In this document: one piece after another, positions 59,173 to 64,000 of the stretch
Layout: each line of letters starts with the position of its first letter
Numbering within the stretch: the stretch's first letter is position 1
Source: Squalus acanthias
Lineage: Eukaryota
Length of the DNA: 64,000 bases
Assembly (NCBI GenBank): GCA_030390025.1
Contig: JASTWF010000035.1
Coordinates: 2,666,001-2,730,000 of the forward strand
Direction: 5' to 3'
Notes under the pieces: model-generated
What the model was told of the DNA's origin: nothing
The model's input: only the letters and a program-made list of their open reading frames with translations
Database searches by the model: none
Made by a program: the position numbers and the translations under genes

Positions 59173-62053
59173 TTTGTGTCTTAATGCGAGGAGCATTCGT
59201 AATAAGGTGGATGAATTAGCTGCGCAAATAGATGTAAACGGATATGATATAATTGAGATTACGGAGACATGGCTCCAGGGTGACCAAGGCTGGGAATTCA
59301 ACATCCAGTGGTATTCAATATTCAGGAAGGACAGGCAAAAAGGAAAAGGAGGTGGGGTAGGTTTGCTGGTTAAAGAGGAGATTAACACAATAGTAAGGAA
59401 GGATATTAGCTCTGATGATGTGGAATCTGTATGGGTAGAGCTGAGAAATACCAAGGGGCAGAAAACGTTAGTGGGAGTGGTATACAGACCCCCAAACAGT
59501 AATGCTGAGGTTGGGGATGGCATTGAAGGGGAAATTAGAGACGCGTGCAATAAGGGCACAGCAGTTATCATGGGTGACTTTAATCTACATATAGATTGGG
59601 CTAACCAAATTAGTAACAATACTGTGGAGGAGGAATTCCTAGAGTGTATACGGGATGGTTCCCTGGACCAATATATCGAGGAACCAACTAGAGATTAGGC
59701 CATCTTAGACTGGGTATTATGTAATGAGAAAGGATTAATTAGCAATCTTGTTGTGCGAGGCCCCTTGGGGAGAAGCGATCATAATATGATCGAATTCTTC
59801 ATTAAGATGGAGAGTGAAGTAGTTGACTCAGAGACTAGGGTCCTGAATTTAAATAAAGGAAACTACGATGGTATGAGGCGCAAGTTGGCTAGGATGGATT
59901 GGGGAACGTTACTTAAACTGTTGACGGGGATAGTCAATGGCAAACATTTAAAGATCGCATGGATGAACTACAGAATTTGTTCATCCCTGTTTGGCATAAA
60001 AATAAAACAAAAAAGGTGACTCAACCGTGGCTAACAAGGGAAATTAGGGATGGCATAAGATCCAAGGAGAGTACATATAAATTGACCAGAAAAAGCAGCA
60101 AACCTGAGGATTGGGAGCAGTTTAGGATTCAGCAAAGGAGGACAAAGGGATTACTTAAGAGGGGGAAATAGAGTATGAGAGTAAGCTTGCAGGGAACATA
60201 AAAACTGACTGTAAAAGCTTCTATAAATATGTGAAGAGAAAAAGATTGGTGAAGTCAAGCGTAGGTCCCTTGCAGTCAGAATCAGGGGAATTTATAATGG
60301 GGAACAAAGAAATGGCAGACCAATTAAATACATACTTTGGTTCTGTCTTCACAAAGGTGGACACAAATAACCTCCCAGAGATGTCGGGGAACATAGGGTC
60401 TAATGAGAGGGAGGAATTGAATGAAATCACTATTTGTAGGGAAATAGTGTTAGGGAAATTGATGGGATTGAAGGCCGATAAAACCCCAGGGCCTGATACT
60501 CTGCATCCTAGGGTACTTAAGGAAGTGGCCCTAGAAATAGTAGATGCATTGCTGGTCATCTTCCAAAATTCTATAGACTCTGGAACAGTTCCCATGGATT
60601 GGAGGGTAGCTAATGTAACCCCACTGTTTAAAAAAGATGGGAGAGAGAAAACGGGGAATTATAGCCTGACATCGGTAGTGGGGAAAATGCTAGAGTCCAT
60701 TATAAAAGATGTGATAGCAGAGCACTTGAGAAACAGTGACAGGATCGGACAAAGTCAACATGGATTTACAAAAGGTAAATTATGCTTGACTAACCTACTG
60801 GAATTTTTTGAGGATGTAACTGGTAGAATAGATAAGGGAGAACGAGTGGATGTGGTGTATTTGGACTTTCAGAAGGCTTTCGATAAGGTCCCGCATAAGA
60901 GATTAGCGTGCAAAGTTAAAGCACATGGGATTGGGGGGTAAGGTACTGACTTGGATAGAGAACTGGTTGGCAGACAGGAAGCAAAGAGTTGGAATAAACG
61001 GGTCTTTTTCCGAGTGGCAGGTAGTGACTAGTGGGATACCGCAGGGATCGGTGCTAGGACCCCAGCTATTCACAATATATATTAATGATCTAGACGAGGG
61101 AACTAGATGTAATATCTCCAAGTTTGCAGATGACACAAAGCTGGGTGGGCATGTGTGCTGCGAGGAGGATACCGAGAAACTCCAGGATGATTTTGACAGG
61201 TTGGGTGAGTGGGCAGAAGCGTGGCAGATGCAATATAACGTGGATAAATGCGAGGTTATCCACTTTGGTGTCAAAAACAGAAAGGCAGACTATTATCTGA
61301 ATGGCAATAGATTGGGAGAAGGGGAAGTGCAACGAGACCTGGGTGTCCTTGTGCACCAGTCGCTGAAGGTAAGCATGCAGGTGCAGCAGGCGGTGAAGAA
61401 GGCAAATGGTATGTTGGCCTTCATAGCGAAAGGGTTTGAGTATAGGAACAGGGATGCCGTGCTGCAGTTGTACAGGGCCTTGGTGAGACCACACCTTGAG
61501 TACTGTGTGCAGTTTTGGTCGCCTTATCTGAGGAAGGATGTTCTTGCCATGGAAGGTGTTCAGCGAAGATTCACAAGGCTGATACCTGGGATGGCAGGAA
61601 TGACATATGAGGAGAGATTGGGTCGATTGGGCTTATACTCACTGGAGTATAGACGAATGAGAGGGGATCTAATCGAAAGATATAAAATTCTGACAGGTCT
61701 GGACAAACTTGTTGCAGGAAGAATGTTCCCGATGGTCGGAGAGTCCAGAATCAGGGGTCATAATCTAAGGATAAGGGGTAAGCCATTTAGGACAGAAATG
61801 AGGAAGAATTTCTTCACCCAAAGAGTGGTGAACCTGTGGAATTCTCTACCACAGAAGGTAGTTGAGGCCAAGTCATTAAATATATTCAAGAATGAGTTAG
61901 ATTTATTTCTTAAAGCTAACGGTATCAAGGGATATGGGGAGAAGGCAGGTACAGGGTACTGAGTTTGGATGATCAGCCATGATCTCATCGAATGGCGGAG
62001 CAGGCTCGAGGGGCTAAATGGCCTACTCCTGCTCCTATCTTCTATGTTTCTAT

Positions 62054-62938
62054 GTGGGCCATCAGGTACAGGGGATTTGTTGGCTTTTAGTCCCATTAGT
62101 TTTTCAAGTATTTCTCTACTGATATTAATAACTTTAAATTCCTCACTCTTATTAGCCCCTTGGTTCCACACTATTTTTGAAATGCTTTTTGTGTCTTCTA
62201 CTGTGAAGACAGATACAAAATATTTGTTTAAAGTCTCTGCCATTTCCTTATTCCCCATTATAATTTCACCTGTCTCAGCCTCTAAGGGACCAACACTTTT
62301 TACTCTCTTCCTTTTTACATACTTGTAGAAGCTCTTACAATCTGTTTTTATATTACTTGCTCGTTTACTCTCATTGTATTTTCTCCCTTTTTATCAATTT
62401 TTGGTCATCCTTTGTTGGTTTCTAAAGCTCTCCCAATCCTCAGGCTTACTACTGTTTATACTACTTCTTTTGATGTAATACTATCCTTAACTTCTTTAAT
62501 TAGCCACGGATGGATCACTTTTCCCGTGGAGTTTTTATTTCTCAATGGAATGTATATTCGTTGAGAATTTTGGAATATTTCTTTAAATGTTTGCCACTGC
62601 TTATCTATCATCATACCTTTTAATCTAATTTTCTAATCTACCTGAGCCAACTCACCCCTCATACCTATGTAAATGGCTTTACTTAAGTTTAAGATTCTCG
62701 TTTCCGACTGCAGTATTTCACTCTCAAACTCAATGTGAAATTCTGACATATTATGATCACTCTTCCCCAGAGGATTCTTTACAATGAGATTACTAATTAA
62801 CCCTGTCTCATTACATAGTACAAGATCTAAAATAGCCTGTTCTCTGGTTGGTTCCATGGTATTGTTCTTGGAAACGGTTTCGAATGCATTCCATGAACTC
62901 GTCCTCCAGACTACCTTTGCCAATTTGATTTGTCCCGT
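62054..62938 (-). mobile_element. CR1 ORF2 fragment
   Basis: EPTREQAILDLVL, LGKSDHN, MAETLNKYFVSVFTVED. Confidence 0.85.
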
Positions 62939-64000
62939 CCGAGCTATTGGGAGCAGCAGCGAGAGCGGTCCGATCTGTGAGGGAACAGGCAAAGGAGGAG
63001 TGAGGAAATAAAGCCCGAGGCTCGAGGGCCAGACCGAACTACTGGGAGCAGCAGCGAGAGCGGACCGACCTGTGAGGGAACAGGCGAAGGAGGAGCGAGG
63101 AAATAAAGCCCGAGGCTTGAGGCCCAGACCGAACTATTGGGATAAGCATGGAGAGCGGACCTCAACAGGCAACATTCGAAAGTGACGTCAGAGATTAAAA
63201 GTGACGTCGGCACAAGGGAAGGAGCTGATTGGTAAGTAGGACCTGGTGAGTATTTCTACAGTCCAGTCGTTAAAGTAAAAGCAAGGTCTCTAGTTTAGAG
63301 TAAGTAGTGTGTAAAGTGAAGTAAGGTCTCTAGTATATTTAATATTCTTTAATTTAGAGGAAGTAAAGGGAGTAAATTAAGGGTAGGACATGGCAGGGCA
63401 GCTCGGCAGCGTGGAGTGCTGCTCCTGTGCTATGTGGGAAGTCAGGGACACTTTCGGTGTCCAGGGCGAACACGTGCAGGAAGTGTCTCCAGCCGCAGCT
63501 ACTTGAAATCCGCGTTTCGGACCTGGAGCTGCAGCTGGAGTCACTGTGGAGCATCCGCGAGGCTGAGATCTTCGTGGATAGCACGTTTAACGAGGTGGTC
63601 ACACCGCAGATAAAGAGTGCACAGGCAGAAAGGGAATGGGTGACCGCCAGACAGAGTAAAAGAACTAGGAAGGTAGTGCAGGAGTCCCCTCGGTCCATCT
63701 CCCTCTCCAACAGATTTTCTGTTTTGGATACTGCTGGGGGAGATGGTTTCTCAGGGGAATGCAGCAAGAGCCAAGTCCATGGCACTACGAGTGGCTCAGC
63801 TGCACAGGCGGGGAGGAAAAAGAGTGGGAGAGCAATAGTTATAGGGGATTCTATCGTAAGGGAAACAGACAGACATTTCTGTGGCCGCAGACGTGACTCC
63901 AGGATGGTATGTTGCCTCCCTGGTGCCAGGGTCAAGGATGTCACTGAGCGGCTGCAGGACGTTCTGAAGGGGGAGGGTGAACAGCCAGAGGTCATGGTCC
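62939..64000 (+). mobile_element. 5' end of a CR1 LINE: 5' UTR with 95-bp tandem repeats and ORF1 start (ATG 63390), running off the window
   Basis: MAGQLGSVECCSCAMWEVRDT..., IVIGDSIVR, CLPGARVKDV, homologous to ORF1 at 56067-56700. Frameshifted near 63465. Confidence 0.85.

Larger units (their letters stand above)
56067..62053 (+). mobile_element. Nearly full-length CR1 LINE (ORF1 with Zn-finger/coiled coil and SGNH esterase; ORF2 EN+RT), degenerate, with solo LTR and two MITE insertions
   Basis: ORF1: HVCGKC, IVFGDSIVRG, CLPGA, VVHIGTND. ORF2 segments 59176-61962. Tail tcttctatgtttctatg. Confidence 0.92.

Overview
Eukaryotic, repeat-dense vertebrate DNA, most likely from a cartilaginous fish (inferred from the SacSINE1/DeuSINE-type SINEs and the CR1 families present). 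The only host gene is a + strand ADAM metalloprotease-disintegrin that looks most like ADAM15. Seven GT-AG exons (2463-55540, 934 nt spliced, open frame, consistent phases) cover most of the metalloprotease domain, the disintegrin domain and the start of the Cys-rich domain. Its zinc motif reads HGIGHNLGMDHD: the catalytic Glu is replaced by Gly while the three His ligands and the Met-turn are kept, so it is probably a pseudo-protease. The introns hold a ~21 kb 35-bp G-rich minisatellite, a ~5.6 kb 17/19-bp array resembling tandem splice acceptors, many nested CR1 LINE pieces, an RTE/BovB-like LINE, two DeuSINEs and a 227-bp solo LTR. They also hold an apparently intact autonomous PIF/Harbinger transposon (40189-44321: DDE transposase, three-exon Myb/SANT partner, TIRs, 3-bp TSD), three ~0.9 kb non-autonomous relatives and a second MITE family. 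All calls were made by eye without database searches. Exon, TIR and TSD coordinates were read base by base; LINE boundaries are approximate.
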